Counted from the stretch's first letter, positions 18,435 through 27,824 are shown. The stretch: DNA of 64,000 nucleotides from Vicinamibacterales bacterium (GCA_050250875.1 JBFWNV010000002.1:334-64333); one strand, 5' to 3'. Made by a program: numbers and translations. The notes: a model not told the origin generated them from the letters alone.

Positions 18435-20735
18435 ATGGCATACCTTCGTACGCCGTCGTTTACGACGGCATCCCTTCCCTTTCGGATCCCGGGCACCCGG
18501 CTGACCGGGTGGCTGCTGGGGGTGCTGCTGGCCGCGGCTCCGGCAGCCGGCGCCGACACGCTTCGTGGCCGGGTGCTCGACCCGGACGGACGGCCGGTGG
18601 CCGGCGCGCGCGTGGCCGTGTCGGGCGCCAGCGCCGCCCCTCTCGCCGCCATCACCGACGCGTCCGGGGGCTTCGCCGTGGACGGCCTGCCGGCCGGCGC
18701 GGCCGTGGACGTGCAGGCGTGGACCGACGGGCTGAGCGCGCCGCCGGTGCGCGTGACCGTTTCGGGCACGGAGGTCGCCCTGCACCTGGCCGTGACCGCG
18801 GTGCGCGAGGCCCTCACCGTCACCGCCTCGCACGTCGAGACGCCGCTTTCGCTCGTCGGCGACAGCGTGACCGTGCTGACGCGGGAGGAACTCGACGCGC
18901 GTCAGGTGACGACCCTCGGCGACGCGCTGCGCCTGGTGTCGGGATTCGGCGTCGCGCGCAACGGCGGGCCGGGCACCGTGACCTCGGTCTTCCCGCGCGG
19001 CGGCGAGTCCGACTACACGATGGTGCTCGTCGACGGCGTGCGGATGAACGCCTTCGGCGGCGGGCTCGACGTCTCGCAGGTGCCCACCGCCGGCGCCGAG
19101 CGCATCGAGATCGTGCGCGGCCCGCAGAGCGCCCTGTACGGGTCGGACGCAATCGGCGGGGTCGTGCAGGTGGTGACGCCGCGGGGCGGGCCGTCGGTCG
19201 TCGAAGCGCTCGCCGAGGTGGGCGGGCGCGACGCGCGGCGCGCCAGCGGCATGGTCCGCGGCTCGATCGGCCGGTGGCACGGCACGGCCTCGGCGCAGCA
19301 CATGCGCGACGAGGGCTTCACCGGCCCGGCCCCGGCCGACGGCACGCCCGTGACCAACGACGACAGCCGCATCACCGACGTGTCGGCCGGCCTGGGTTGG
19401 CGGGGCGACGCCGGCACCGACCTGTTCGGCACCGTGCGTTACGTGGACGGCGACCGCGGGTCGCCCGGGCCGTTCGGGTCGAACCCGGCCGGCAACTTCT
19501 CCGGCGTGGACCGCGTCGCCCGCAGCCTCACGACGCAGCGGTCGGCGGCGGTGCGCCTGCTGCAGCCGCTGGGCGGAACGGCGAGTCGGGTGCGCCTGCG
19601 AGCCGAGGCCGACATCGCCGACTTCGACCTGGAGTACCGGGCGCCGTTCGGCTCGAACGGCGAGACGGCGCGCGCCCACGGCCGGCTCCAGGCCGACGCG
19701 GCGCTCACGGCCACGCTGGCGGCCAGCGCCGGCGGAGAGTGGGTCGGCGAAAGCGGCCGCAGCACCTACATCGTGGCCGGCGCCGCCGAGGTGCCGGTGG
19801 AGCGCGACGTGTGGGCGGCCTTCGCCGAAGCCCGCTGGCAGCCGCTGGCCGGCGTCTCGTTCACCGGTGGAGCACGTGCGTCGCGGATCACGCGGCTGGC
19901 CCTGGCCGCCAATCCGGCGGCGTTCTCGGCCCGGCCGGCCTTCGCCGACGACACGGTGGTGGCCGTGAACCCGAAGGTCACGGCGGCGTGGACGATCGTG
20001 CCGGGCGGCGGGCGCACAGGGACGTCGACCCGGCTGCACGCCGCCGCGGGCACCGGCATCCGGCCGCCCGACGCCTTCGAGATCGCGTTCACCGACAACG
20101 ACGGCCTGAAGCCGGAACGCAGCATCAGCGTCGAGGCCGGCATCACCCAGACCCTGGCCGACGGCGCCGTGCACGTCGACGGCACCTGGTTCCACAACCG
20201 CTACGACGACCTCATCGTCTCGGTCGGACGCTTCAGCAGTTCGAGCCGCTTCCAGACCGACAACATCGCCAACGCCCGCGCCCGCGGCGTCGAGCTCGCG
20301 CTCACCGTCCGGCCGATCGCCCGACTCACCGCCCGGACCACCTACACCTGGCTCGACAGCGAGATCCTCGCGGTGGACGGTGCCGACGGCCAGGCGCCGT
20401 CGCCCTTCGCGCCCGGCGACCGGCTGCTCCGGCGGCCGCGCCACCAGGGCAGCGCCGACATCGCGTGGGGAACGTCGCGGTTCCAGGCCTTCGCCACCCT
20501 GGCCGTGCGCGGCACGACGCTCGACGTCGAGCCCAATTTCGGCACCTTCGGCGGTCTCTTCGCGAACGACGGCTACTCGGCCGTCACGGTCGGCGGCGCG
20601 TGGACGATCGTCCCGCAGCTCACGGCGTTCGCCCGTGTCGTCAACGCCCTCGACGCCCGCTACGAAGACACGCTCGGCTACCCGGCTCTGGGCCGTACGG
20701 CCTACGTGGGACTACGGATTGCTGCACGCCGCTGA
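18435..20735 (+). CDS. btuB: TonB-dependent receptor (BtuB-like) with N-terminal carboxypeptidase-regulatory-like domain
   Basis: The last 766 aa of ORF 15525..20735. An SD sequence lies 6 nt upstream of the ATG. Plug motifs are present (DALRLVSGF, IEIVRGPQSALYGSDAIGGVVQV), and the barrel C-terminus is TAYVGLRIAARR. The gene is under riboswitch control. Confidence 0.85.
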   Translation: MAYLRTPSFTTASLPFRIPGTRLTGWLLGVLLAAAPAAGADTLRGRVLDPDGRPVAGARVAVSGASAAPLAAITDASGGFAVDGLPAGAAVDVQAWTDGLSAPPVRVTVSGTEVALHLAVTAVREALTVTASHVETPLSLVGDSVTVLTREELDARQVTTLGDALRLVSGFGVARNGGPGTVTSVFPRGGESDYTMVLVDGVRMNAFGGGLDVSQVPTAGAERIEIVRGPQSALYGSDAIGGVVQVVTPRGGPSVVEALAEVGGRDARRASGMVRGSIGRWHGTASAQHMRDEGFTGPAPADGTPVTNDDSRITDVSAGLGWRGDAGTDLFGTVRYVDGDRGSPGPFGSNPAGNFSGVDRVARSLTTQRSAAVRLLQPLGGTASRVRLRAEADIADFDLEYRAPFGSNGETARAHGRLQADAALTATLAASAGGEWVGESGRSTYIVAGAAEVPVERDVWAAFAEARWQPLAGVSFTGGARASRITRLALAANPAAFSARPAFADDTVVAVNPKVTAAWTIVPGGGRTGTSTRLHAAAGTGIRPPDAFEIAFTDNDGLKPERSISVEAGITQTLADGAVHVDGTWFHNRYDDLIVSVGRFSSSSRFQTDNIANARARGVELALTVRPIARLTARTTYTWLDSEILAVDGADGQAPSPFAPGDRLLRRPRHQGSADIAWGTSRFQAFATLAVRGTTLDVEPNFGTFGGLFANDGYSAVTVGGAWTIVPQLTAFARVVNALDARYEDTLGYPALGRTAYVGLRIAARR

Positions 20736-21504
20736 CCTCGGCTTCGGCTACGACGCCGCCCGGCCGGTCGTCTCGGGCATCACGCTCGAGGTGCCGGCGG
20801 GCGCGGTGGTCGGCGTGCTCGGACCGAACGGCTCGGGCAAGACCACGCTGCTCCGGCTGCTCGCCGGCACGCGGCAGCCGACGCACGGCGAGATCCGGTT
20901 CGACGGCCGTCCGCTCGCCACGTTCACCCGCCGGGCGCTGGCGCGGCGTCTCGCCGTCGTCCCGCAGGAGACCCATCTCGCGTTCGACTACACCGTCATG
21001 GAGATGGTGCTGATGGGCCGCCACCCGCACCTGGGGGTGTTCGAGGTCGAGGGTCCGGCCGACCTCGCCGTGGCCCGCGAGGCGCTGGCCGCCACCGGCG
21101 CCAGCCACCTCGAGGACCGCGACTTCGCGACGCTCAGCGGCGGCGAGAAGCAGCGCGTCGTGATCGCCGCCGCGCTCGCCCAGGCCACCGACGTGCTGCT
21201 GCTCGACGAGCCGACCTCGTCGCTCGATCTCGGCGCGCAGCTCGAGATCGCCCACCTGCTCGCCGAGCTCAACCAGCGGCGCGGCGTGACGATCGTCGTC
21301 TCCACCCACGACCTGCACCTGGCCGCCGGCATCTGCCGCGACCTGGTGCTGCTGCGTGCCGGGCGCGTCATCGCCCGCGGCCCGACCACGGAGGTGCTGA
21401 CCCGGGAGAACCTGCGCGCGCTCTACGGCGTGGACGCCGACGTGCACGTGCACGCGGCGACCGGGCACCTCACCGTGGTGCCGGTGCGGCGGACGGCCCG
21501 ATGA
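20719..21504 (+). CDS. btuD: ABC transporter ATP-binding protein (BtuD/FepC type)
   Basis: Walker A GPNGSGKTT, signature LSGGEKQR, Walker B LLLDEPTS. The start is uncertain; TTG 20719 was chosen and overlaps the end of btuB. Confidence 0.85.
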   Translation: MLHAADLGFGYDAARPVVSGITLEVPAGAVVGVLGPNGSGKTTLLRLLAGTRQPTHGEIRFDGRPLATFTRRALARRLAVVPQETHLAFDYTVMEMVLMGRHPHLGVFEVEGPADLAVAREALAATGASHLEDRDFATLSGGEKQRVVIAAALAQATDVLLLDEPTSSLDLGAQLEIAHLLAELNQRRGVTIVVSTHDLHLAAGICRDLVLLRAGRVIARGPTTEVLTRENLRALYGVDADVHVHAATGHLTVVPVRRTAR

Positions 21505-22508
21505 CCGCCAGCCTGTCGCGCCGTCTGTGGACGACCCTGCCACTGTTCGCGCTGGCCGCCGCCGGCGCGGTCGTGCTGGCCCCCACCCTCGGCAGCACCG
21601 GCATCAGCCTGCGGCGCGCCTTCGATGCCTCGGTGCCGTGGGCCGACAACGTCGACGCGCAGATCTTCTTCGTGGCGCGGCTGCCGCGGGTGCTGGCCGC
21701 AGCGCTGGTCGGCGCGGCGCTGGCTTCGTCGGGCGTCGTGCTGCAGGCGCTGCTGCGCAATCCGCTGGCGACCCCGTTCACCCTCGGGGTCTCGGCCGGC
21801 GCGGCGCTCGGGGCGATGCTGGCCATCGCCTTCGGGCTCGACCTGGGCGCGCTCGGCGTCTCGTCGGTGCCCATCGCCAGCTTCCTCGGGTCGATGGCGG
21901 CGACGGGCATCGTCTACTGGCTGGCCAGCAGCCGGAAGCGCGGGCTGTCCACCAACGTGCTGCTGCTCGCCGGGGTGACGCTCAACTCGTTCTTCTCCGC
22001 GCTCATCCTCTTCGTGCAGTACCTGGCCGACTTCACCCAGTCGTTCCGCACCGTGCGCTGGCTGATGGGCGACCTCGACGTCGGCGGCTACGGTCCGATC
22101 GTGGCGGCGCTGCCCCTCGTCGTGCTGGCGTTCGCGGCCTTCGCGGTGTTGCCGCGCACGCTCAACCTGCTGACTCTCGGCACCGACGTCGCCGCCGCGC
22201 GCGGGGTGGACGTGGCGGGCGCGGAGCGCCTGGCTTTCGTCAGCGCATCGCTCGCCACCGGCGCCGCGGTGTCGCTGGCCGGCCCGATCGGCTTCATCGG
22301 CATCGTCGTGCCGCATCTCGTGCGGCTGCTGGTCGGCGCCGACCATCGCCTGGTGCTGCCGGCGTCGGCGCTGTTCGGATCGGCGTTCCTCATCGGCTGC
22401 GATCTGGTGTCGCGCACGGCGCTGGCGCCGCTCGAGCTGCCGGTGGGCATCGTCACCGCCATGATCGGCGGACCGTTCTTCCTGTGGCTCCTGGTGCGGA
22501 ACAGCTGA
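21501..22508 (+). CDS. btuC: FecCD-family ABC permease (BtuC type)
   Basis: 335-aa polytopic ORF with FecCD-typical segments RLPRVLAA.LVGA.LA.SG..LQ and GPIGFIGIVVPH. ATGA overlap with the upstream gene. Confidence 0.9.
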   Translation: MTASLSRRLWTTLPLFALAAAGAVVLAPTLGSTGISLRRAFDASVPWADNVDAQIFFVARLPRVLAAALVGAALASSGVVLQALLRNPLATPFTLGVSAGAALGAMLAIAFGLDLGALGVSSVPIASFLGSMAATGIVYWLASSRKRGLSTNVLLLAGVTLNSFFSALILFVQYLADFTQSFRTVRWLMGDLDVGGYGPIVAALPLVVLAFAAFAVLPRTLNLLTLGTDVAAARGVDVAGAERLAFVSASLATGAAVSLAGPIGFIGIVVPHLVRLLVGADHRLVLPASALFGSAFLIGCDLVSRTALAPLELPVGIVTAMIGGPFFLWLLVRNS

Positions 22509-23404
22509 TGCGCGGCCGGCCGATGACCGGCGTCTGTCTGCTCACGGCCGTGGCCGTGGCCGTGACCGTGTGCGGCATCGCCGGCGCGGCGCGGGCCCAG
22601 TCGTCGCCGGCGGCGCCGCGGCGGATCGTCTCGCTGGTGCCGGCGCTCACCGAGATGCTTTTCGCCATCGGCGCCGGGCCACAGGTGGTGGCGGTGAGCA
22701 GCTTCGACACTCATCCGCCCGAGGTGTCGCGGCTGCCCAAGGTGGGCGCCCTGCTCGACCCCGACGTCGAGCGCGTGCTGGCCCTGACGCCCGATCTGGT
22801 CGCGGTCTACGCCAGCCAGACCGACCTGAAACGCCAGCTCGCCCGGGCGTCGATCGCGGTCTTCGACTACCGCCACGCCGGACTCGCCGACGTCTTCACG
22901 ACGATGCGGGCGCTGGGCGCGCGCACCGGCCACGCCGCGCGCGCCGACGAGGTCGCGCGCCAGCTGGAGCAGCGCATCGCGGCCGCAGGTCGGGCGGCGG
23001 CCGCCCGGCCGCGGCCGCGCGTCCTGCTGGTGTTCGGCCGCGAGAGCGGCGCGCTGCGCAACGTCTACGCCAGCGGCGGGCGCGGCTTTCTGCACGACAT
23101 GCTCACCGCGGCCGGCGGCACCAATGTGTTCGCCGACGTGGCGCAGGAGTCCGTGCAGGCGACGACCGAGCTCGTGCTGGCCCGGGCGCCGGACGTGATT
23201 CTGGAGCTCCACGAGCGCTCCGACTGGACCGCCGCCGACACCGCCGCCGCGCAGGCGGTGTGGGACCGGCTCGCAGCCGTGCCGGCCGTGAAGCGCGGCC
23301 GCGTGCTGGTGCTGGCCGGTGAGGGGCTCGTCGTGCCGGGCCCGCGGGTCGCGGCGGCCGTGGAACGGATCGCCGCTGCACTCCATCCCGGAGGCCAGCC
23401 GTGA
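22508..23404 (+). CDS. btuF: Periplasmic cobalamin/siderophore-binding protein (BtuF type)
   Basis: Signal peptide MRGRPMTGVCLLTAVAVAVTVCGIAGAARA, followed by RIVSLVPALTEMLFAIGAG. TGATG overlap with btuC. Confidence 0.8.
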   Translation: MRGRPMTGVCLLTAVAVAVTVCGIAGAARAQSSPAAPRRIVSLVPALTEMLFAIGAGPQVVAVSSFDTHPPEVSRLPKVGALLDPDVERVLALTPDLVAVYASQTDLKRQLARASIAVFDYRHAGLADVFTTMRALGARTGHAARADEVARQLEQRIAAAGRAAAARPRPRVLLVFGRESGALRNVYASGGRGFLHDMLTAAGGTNVFADVAQESVQATTELVLARAPDVILELHERSDWTAADTAAAQAVWDRLAAVPAVKRGRVLVLAGEGLVVPGPRVAAAVERIAAALHPGGQP

Positions 23405-24066
23405 AGATCCTGGTGTCGTGGTCGAGCGGCAAGGACGCGGCGTGGATGCTGCACCGGCTGCGGCAGGCGCATCCCGGGGCGGCGGGCGGGCTGCTCACGA
23501 CCACCAGCGAGGCGTTCGACCGGGTGGCGATGCACGGCGTGCGGCGCGAGATCCTCGACGCCCAGGCCGACGCGGCGGGCCTGCCGCTGCACGTGGTGCC
23601 CCTGCCGTGGCCGTGCAGCAACGAAGAGTACGAACGGCGTCTCGGCGCCGCGGTGGCGCGCGCCGTGGCCGACGGCTTCACGCACGTCGCCTTCGGCGAC
23701 CTCTTCCTCGAGGATGTGCGCCGTTACCGCGAAGATCGTCTCGCCGGCACCGGGCTCACGCCGCTCTTTCCGCTGTGGAAGACGGCGGTCACCGCCGACC
23801 TGGCGCGCGCCATGGTCGCCGGCGGCCTGCAGGCGCGGCTGAGCACGGTGGATCCGCGGGTGCTCGACCCGTCGTTCGCCGGCCGCGCCTTCGATGCGGC
23901 GTTGCTCGCCGACCTGCCGCCCACGGTGGATCCGTGCGGCGAACGCGGCGAGTTCCACAGCTGCGTCACCGCCGGTCCGATGTTCGCGCGGGCGATCGAC
24001 GTCGTGGTCGGCGAGACCGTCGTCCGCGACGGCTTCGCGTTCGCCGACCTGCGGCTGGCGTCATGA
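23401..24066 (+). CDS. DUF71/COG2102 (Dph6-related) ATP pyrophosphatase, PP-loop superfamily
   Basis: The N-terminus MKILVSWSSGKDAAW resembles a PP-loop. AFGDLFLEDVRRYRE and GE(F)H are family-typical. GTGA overlap with btuF. Confidence 0.75.
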   Translation: MKILVSWSSGKDAAWMLHRLRQAHPGAAGGLLTTTSEAFDRVAMHGVRREILDAQADAAGLPLHVVPLPWPCSNEEYERRLGAAVARAVADGFTHVAFGDLFLEDVRRYREDRLAGTGLTPLFPLWKTAVTADLARAMVAGGLQARLSTVDPRVLDPSFAGRAFDAALLADLPPTVDPCGERGEFHSCVTAGPMFARAIDVVVGETVVRDGFAFADLRLAS

Positions 24067-24875
24067 CGGTGGACGGGATGGCCACGTCGTTCCCGTCGCG
24101 GATCGTCTGCCTCACCGAGGAAACCACCGAGACGCTGTACCTGCTTGGCGAGGGCGACCGCGTGGTCGGCATCTCCGGCTACACGGTGCGGCCGCCGGAG
24201 GCACGGCACAAGCCCAGGGTGTCGTCGTTCCTGCACGCACGGTTCGACAGGATCGCCGCGCTCGAGCCGGATCTGGTGCTCGCCTTCTCGGATCTCCAGG
24301 CCGGCATGACGAGCGAGCTGGTGAAGCGCGGCTACCCGGTGTTCACGTTCAACCAGCGCAGCGTCGCCGGGATCCTGCAGATGATCCGCGTGCTCGGCGG
24401 CATCGTCGGCGTGCCCGAGAAGGCGGCGGCGCTGGCGGCCACCCTGGAGCGCGGGCTCGACGACGTCCGGCGGTCGGCGGCGCGCTTCCCGCGGCGACCG
24501 ACCGTGTACTTCGAGGAGTGGGACGACCCGCTGATCAGCGGCATCCGGTGGGTGGAGGAACTGGTCGAGATCGCCGGCGGCACGCCGGTGTTCCCCGAGC
24601 TGCGGCACGCCAGCCTGGCAAAGGATCGCATCGTGACCGCCGAGCGGGTCATCGCCGCCGCGCCCGAGGTGTTCATCGGCTCGTGGTGCGGCAAGCCGGT
24701 ACGGGCGGAGCGGGTGCGCGCGCGGGTCGGCTGGGGCGAGGTGCCGTTCGTCCGCGACGGCCGTATCTTCGAGGTGAAGTCCAGCTACATCCTGCAGCCC
24801 GGCCCGGCGGCGCTCACCGAGGGCGTGCGGCAGGTGCACGCGTTGCTGTGCCGCGTCGTCGGCGTCGAGCCGTAG
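24063..24875 (+). CDS. BtuF-like cobalamin-binding protein without signal peptide (predicted cytoplasmic)
   Basis: Fold signature of a class III periplasmic binding protein (RIVCLTEETTETLYLLG, PDLVLAF) but no N-terminal signal sequence. ATGA overlap with the upstream gene. Confidence 0.7.
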   Translation: MTVDGMATSFPSRIVCLTEETTETLYLLGEGDRVVGISGYTVRPPEARHKPRVSSFLHARFDRIAALEPDLVLAFSDLQAGMTSELVKRGYPVFTFNQRSVAGILQMIRVLGGIVGVPEKAAALAATLERGLDDVRRSAARFPRRPTVYFEEWDDPLISGIRWVEELVEIAGGTPVFPELRHASLAKDRIVTAERVIAAAPEVFIGSWCGKPVRAERVRARVGWGEVPFVRDGRIFEVKSSYILQPGPAALTEGVRQVHALLCRVVGVEP

Positions 24876-24935
24876 GGGCCTGGCCCCATTGGCACGATTC
24901 TTCCGCACATTCCGTGCCATTGGGGCCAGGCCCCT
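24874..24935. terminator. Long hairpin between convergent operons (23-bp arms with 1 mismatch, 16-nt loop)
   Basis: AGGGGCCTGGCCCCATTGGCACG (24874-24896) pairs with CGTGCCATTGGGGCCAGGCCCCT (24913-24935). The left arm overlaps the stop codon at 24873-24875. Confidence 0.6.
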
Positions 24936-24978
24936 CGCACCCGCCGTCGCTGAGTGCTGACGATCCCCTCCGGTTCCT

Positions 24979-25602
24979 TCAGTGGCGGCGTCCGGCCGGG
25001 CGGCGTCGCGCCGCCGCCACCGGGGCCGGCGGCACGATCGGCTCGATGACGACCATCACGAACCGCGTCGCCCGTCCTCCAGCCGACGCGTAGCGGTGCG
25101 CGCGATCGGCCTGGAACACCGCGCACTCGCCGGCGGCCAATGCGACCTCGACGCCCTCCACGGTGACGGTCGCGGCGCCCTCGAGGACGTAGACGAACTC
25201 GCGGGTGCCGCTCGGATGCGCCACGGCGTCGTAGCCGTCGCGGGCGCCGATGCGCCACTCCCACAGTTCGACCGGCAGCGGCGCCTCGACGCCGGCGACC
25301 AGGCCGGCCACGCTGGCCTTCGTCCGGCCGCGCCACAGCCAGGCGACGTCGGCGGGCGTAATCCGCCGCACCACCGGTTCGTCGGTCACCTCGACCAGCT
25401 TCATCAGCGCGATGCCGAGCGCGTTGGCCAGCTTGCAGAGCGTGGCAATCGAGGGATTGGTCTGCGCCTGTTCCACCTGGACCAGCATCGTCTTGCTGAG
25501 GCCGGCGCGCGCCGCCAGCTCGCTCTGGCTCCAGCCGCGGCGCGTCCGCCAGTCGCGGAGGTTGGCGGCGAGCGCGGCTTCGATCCGGCGGGGGTCGTTC
25601 AT
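24979..25602 (-). CDS. XRE-family transcriptional regulator with C-terminal cupin domain
   Basis: The HTH segment is WSQSELAARAGLSKTMLVQVEQAQTNPSIATLCKLANAL. A cupin-like C-terminal half follows. ATG at 25602. Confidence 0.8.
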   Translation of the reverse strand: MNDPRRIEAALAANLRDWRTRRGWSQSELAARAGLSKTMLVQVEQAQTNPSIATLCKLANALGIALMKLVEVTDEPVVRRITPADVAWLWRGRTKASVAGLVAGVEAPLPVELWEWRIGARDGYDAVAHPSGTREFVYVLEGAATVTVEGVEVALAAGECAVFQADRAHRYASAGGRATRFVMVVIEPIVPPAPVAAARRRPAGRRH

Positions 25603-25648
25603 GGAGTCAGTATAGTTGACCAACGGACCAGTTTGGTATCATACGCCG

Positions 25649-26347
25649 ATGACCCTCGACCGCCTCGCCGTGGCCGCCGACGTCCATTCCCTGCGGCCCG
25701 ATTTCGCGGTGCTGGCCATCGCCGTCACCGGCGCCGGCAACGGTCCGGGCGATGCCGTCTCCGACGCCTGGCTGCGTGACGCGGAGGCCTGGGCCGCGGC
25801 CAACGCCGAGACACCGGCGCACATCGCCGCCTGGCAGGACGCGTTCCGCGCCTTCGGTGCCAAGCCGCAGCGGACCGCCTCGTCGGTGGAGGCGCTGTGG
25901 AAGCGGGCCCGCGGCGGCGGACTGCCGCGCGTCAACTGGCTCGTCGATCTCTACAACGCCGTCAGCGTGCGCCACGTGCTGCCCGTCGGCGGCGAGGACC
26001 TGACGGCCTACGACGGGCCGATCCGTCTGATCCGCGCCGCCGGCACCGAATCGTTCGACACGGTGGCGAACGGCGCAGCCGCGGTCGAGCATCCCGCACC
26101 CGGCGAGGTCGTGTGGACCGACGCCCGCGGCGTCACCTGCCGGCGCTGGAACTGGCGGCAGTGCACCCGCACCCGTCTCACCGACGCCTCGACCGACGTC
26201 CTGTTCCTGCTCGAGCGGCTGGCGCCGATGCCGCTGGAGGATCTCGACCGCGCCGCCGACGCACTGGTCACGGCGATCGTCGCGCGTCATCCGGCGGCCG
26301 CCGTCGAGCGGCGCCGCTTCGGGCCGGCCGCGGGGAGCCCACCGTGA
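25649..26347 (+). CDS. B3/B4 tRNA-binding-domain protein (PheT B3_4-like)
   Basis: The pattern LPRVNWLVDLYNAVSVRHVLPVGGEDL is typical of B3_4-domain proteins. The start is ATG 25649, with TTG 25616 as an alternative. Confidence 0.6.
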   Translation: MTLDRLAVAADVHSLRPDFAVLAIAVTGAGNGPGDAVSDAWLRDAEAWAAANAETPAHIAAWQDAFRAFGAKPQRTASSVEALWKRARGGGLPRVNWLVDLYNAVSVRHVLPVGGEDLTAYDGPIRLIRAAGTESFDTVANGAAAVEHPAPGEVVWTDARGVTCRRWNWRQCTRTRLTDASTDVLFLLERLAPMPLEDLDRAADALVTAIVARHPAAAVERRRFGPAAGSPP

Positions 26348-27195
26348 TCACGTCGCTCCTCGCGCTCGGCGCCGCCGCCTTCTACGGCGCCGCCGACTTC
26401 CTGGGCGGCATCGCGACGCGCCGATCCACCACCGTCGCCACCGTGCTCACGACGCAGGGCGCCGGGTTGCTGATGCTGCTCGCCGGCACGCCGCTCATGC
26501 TGGATCGCACGATGAGCGGCCGCGACATCGGCTTCGGCGTGCTCGCCGGCCTCACCGGCAGCATCGGCGTGGCGCTGCTCTACCAGGCGCTGGCCATCGG
26601 GCCGATGAGCGTCGTCGCGCCGGTGACGGCGGTGTGCGCGGTGATCGTGCCGCTGGTGGTCGGCGTGGTGCAGGGCGACGAGATCGCCGCGGCGGCGGCC
26701 ATCGGCGTCGCGGTGGCGATGGTCGCGGTCGGCCTGCTCGGCATGACCCCGGCCACCACCGGCGAGGGGCCGCCGGCCGACGTCGCCCGAGGCGTGCGGG
26801 TGGCGCTGGCGTCGGGCGTCGCGGTGGGCGGCTTCCTGGTCGCGCTGGGCCAGACCTCGTCGGCGGCGGGCCTTTGGCCGCTGGCCGTTTCCCGCCTCGT
26901 CTCCGTGACGCTGTTCGCCGCCGGGGCGCTGGCCACCCGCCAGGCGATGGTGGTGCCGCGCCCGGTGCTGCCGGCCGCCGTCGCCTGCGGCGGTCTCGAC
27001 ATGGTGGCCAACGCGCTGTACCTGGTCGCGGTACGCGAGGGCCAGCTCAGCCTCGTCGCCACGCTGGCATCGCTCTATCCCGCCAGCACCGTGCTGCTGG
27101 CGCGGGTCGTCCTGGGCGAACGGCTCGGGCCGTGGCAGCAGCTGGGCGTCGCCTCGGCGGTCGCCGCCATCGTGCTCATCGTCGGCAACAGCTGA
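26344..27195 (+). CDS. EamA/DMT-family transporter
   Basis: The last 283 aa of ORF 25897..27195, starting at a GTG (GTGA overlap). Ten predicted TM helices in two EamA-like halves. Confidence 0.8.
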   Translation: MITSLLALGAAAFYGAADFLGGIATRRSTTVATVLTTQGAGLLMLLAGTPLMLDRTMSGRDIGFGVLAGLTGSIGVALLYQALAIGPMSVVAPVTAVCAVIVPLVVGVVQGDEIAAAAAIGVAVAMVAVGLLGMTPATTGEGPPADVARGVRVALASGVAVGGFLVALGQTSSAAGLWPLAVSRLVSVTLFAAGALATRQAMVVPRPVLPAAVACGGLDMVANALYLVAVREGQLSLVATLASLYPASTVLLARVVLGERLGPWQQLGVASAVAAIVLIVGNS

Positions 27196-27210
27196 AGCCC
27201 GGAGCGGGCG

Positions 27211-27714
27211 TCAGCGTCGGGGCGGCTGAGGCGCGGGCACGATGCGACCCGACTCGATCAGCTTCTGGTAGGCGCGCAGGTCGCGCTCGTAGCGCCAGTC
27301 CTGCACCTTGCGCACGCCGGCCGACGCTCCGGCATAGGCCAGCCCGAGGAAGTCCACGCGCGGCGAGCGGAAGGCCTGGGGTGTGAGCTGGTAGAGCATG
27401 TCGCGGTGCGTGGGCGCGCTGCCGGGCACCGCTCCGTACATCAGCTCCGGCGCGGTGAAGAAGCGCAGCGCCGGCGCCGTGCCGTAGACGTCGACGAAGT
27501 ACTCGAGCTTGAGCGGAGAGTCGCCCTGCCGCCGCGCCTGCTCGTCGATCCGCAGCTGGCGGCTGATGCGCGCCATCGAAATCCCGAGCGCCGACGGATC
27601 GATGGCCTGGCGCGCCGCGGCCGGTGCGGCCGAACTGGTGGCCTGGTCCTGTGCGCCGGCCGCTGGAGGAGCGACGGCGGCCAAGGCGATCATTGCGGCG
27701 ACGACGACGCGCAT
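27211..27714 (-). CDS. Hypothetical secreted protein
   Basis: ATG 27714 gives the signal peptide MRVVVAAMIALAAVAPPAAGAQ. No family was recognised. Confidence 0.5.
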   Translation of the reverse strand: MRVVVAAMIALAAVAPPAAGAQDQATSSAAPAAARQAIDPSALGISMARISRQLRIDEQARRQGDSPLKLEYFVDVYGTAPALRFFTAPELMYGAVPGSAPTHRDMLYQLTPQAFRSPRVDFLGLAYAGASAGVRKVQDWRYERDLRAYQKLIESGRIVPAPQPPRR

Positions 27715-27782
27715 GCGTGGTAGGACGACCCGCGGCCGCCCGCAGTCTGCATCGTAACACCGGCGCCCCTTGCACCCCGGGC

Positions 27783-27791
27783 TGCTAGACT
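27783..27791 (+). promoter_or_regulatory. Candidate extended -10 element TGcTAGACT upstream of the 27825 gene
   Basis: The 9-mer is identical to the one upstream of tRNA-Arg. The SD sequence GGAGG and the ATG follow 25-33 nt downstream. The element overlaps the right arm of a 10-bp inverted repeat. Confidence 0.3.
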
Positions 27792-27824
27792 GCGGGGACG
27801 GCCACGCCGCTCCTGGAGGCTTCG

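Noticed and set aside
15525-20735. 1736-aa plus-strand ORF, the longest in the track
   Set aside because: An artefact of very high GC, which makes stop codons rare. Only its last 766 codons (from ATG 18435, with an SD sequence) look like a real protein (the TonB-dependent receptor). The upstream part crosses mutM out of frame, runs antisense to the mqn and yjbQ genes, and covers the riboswitch.
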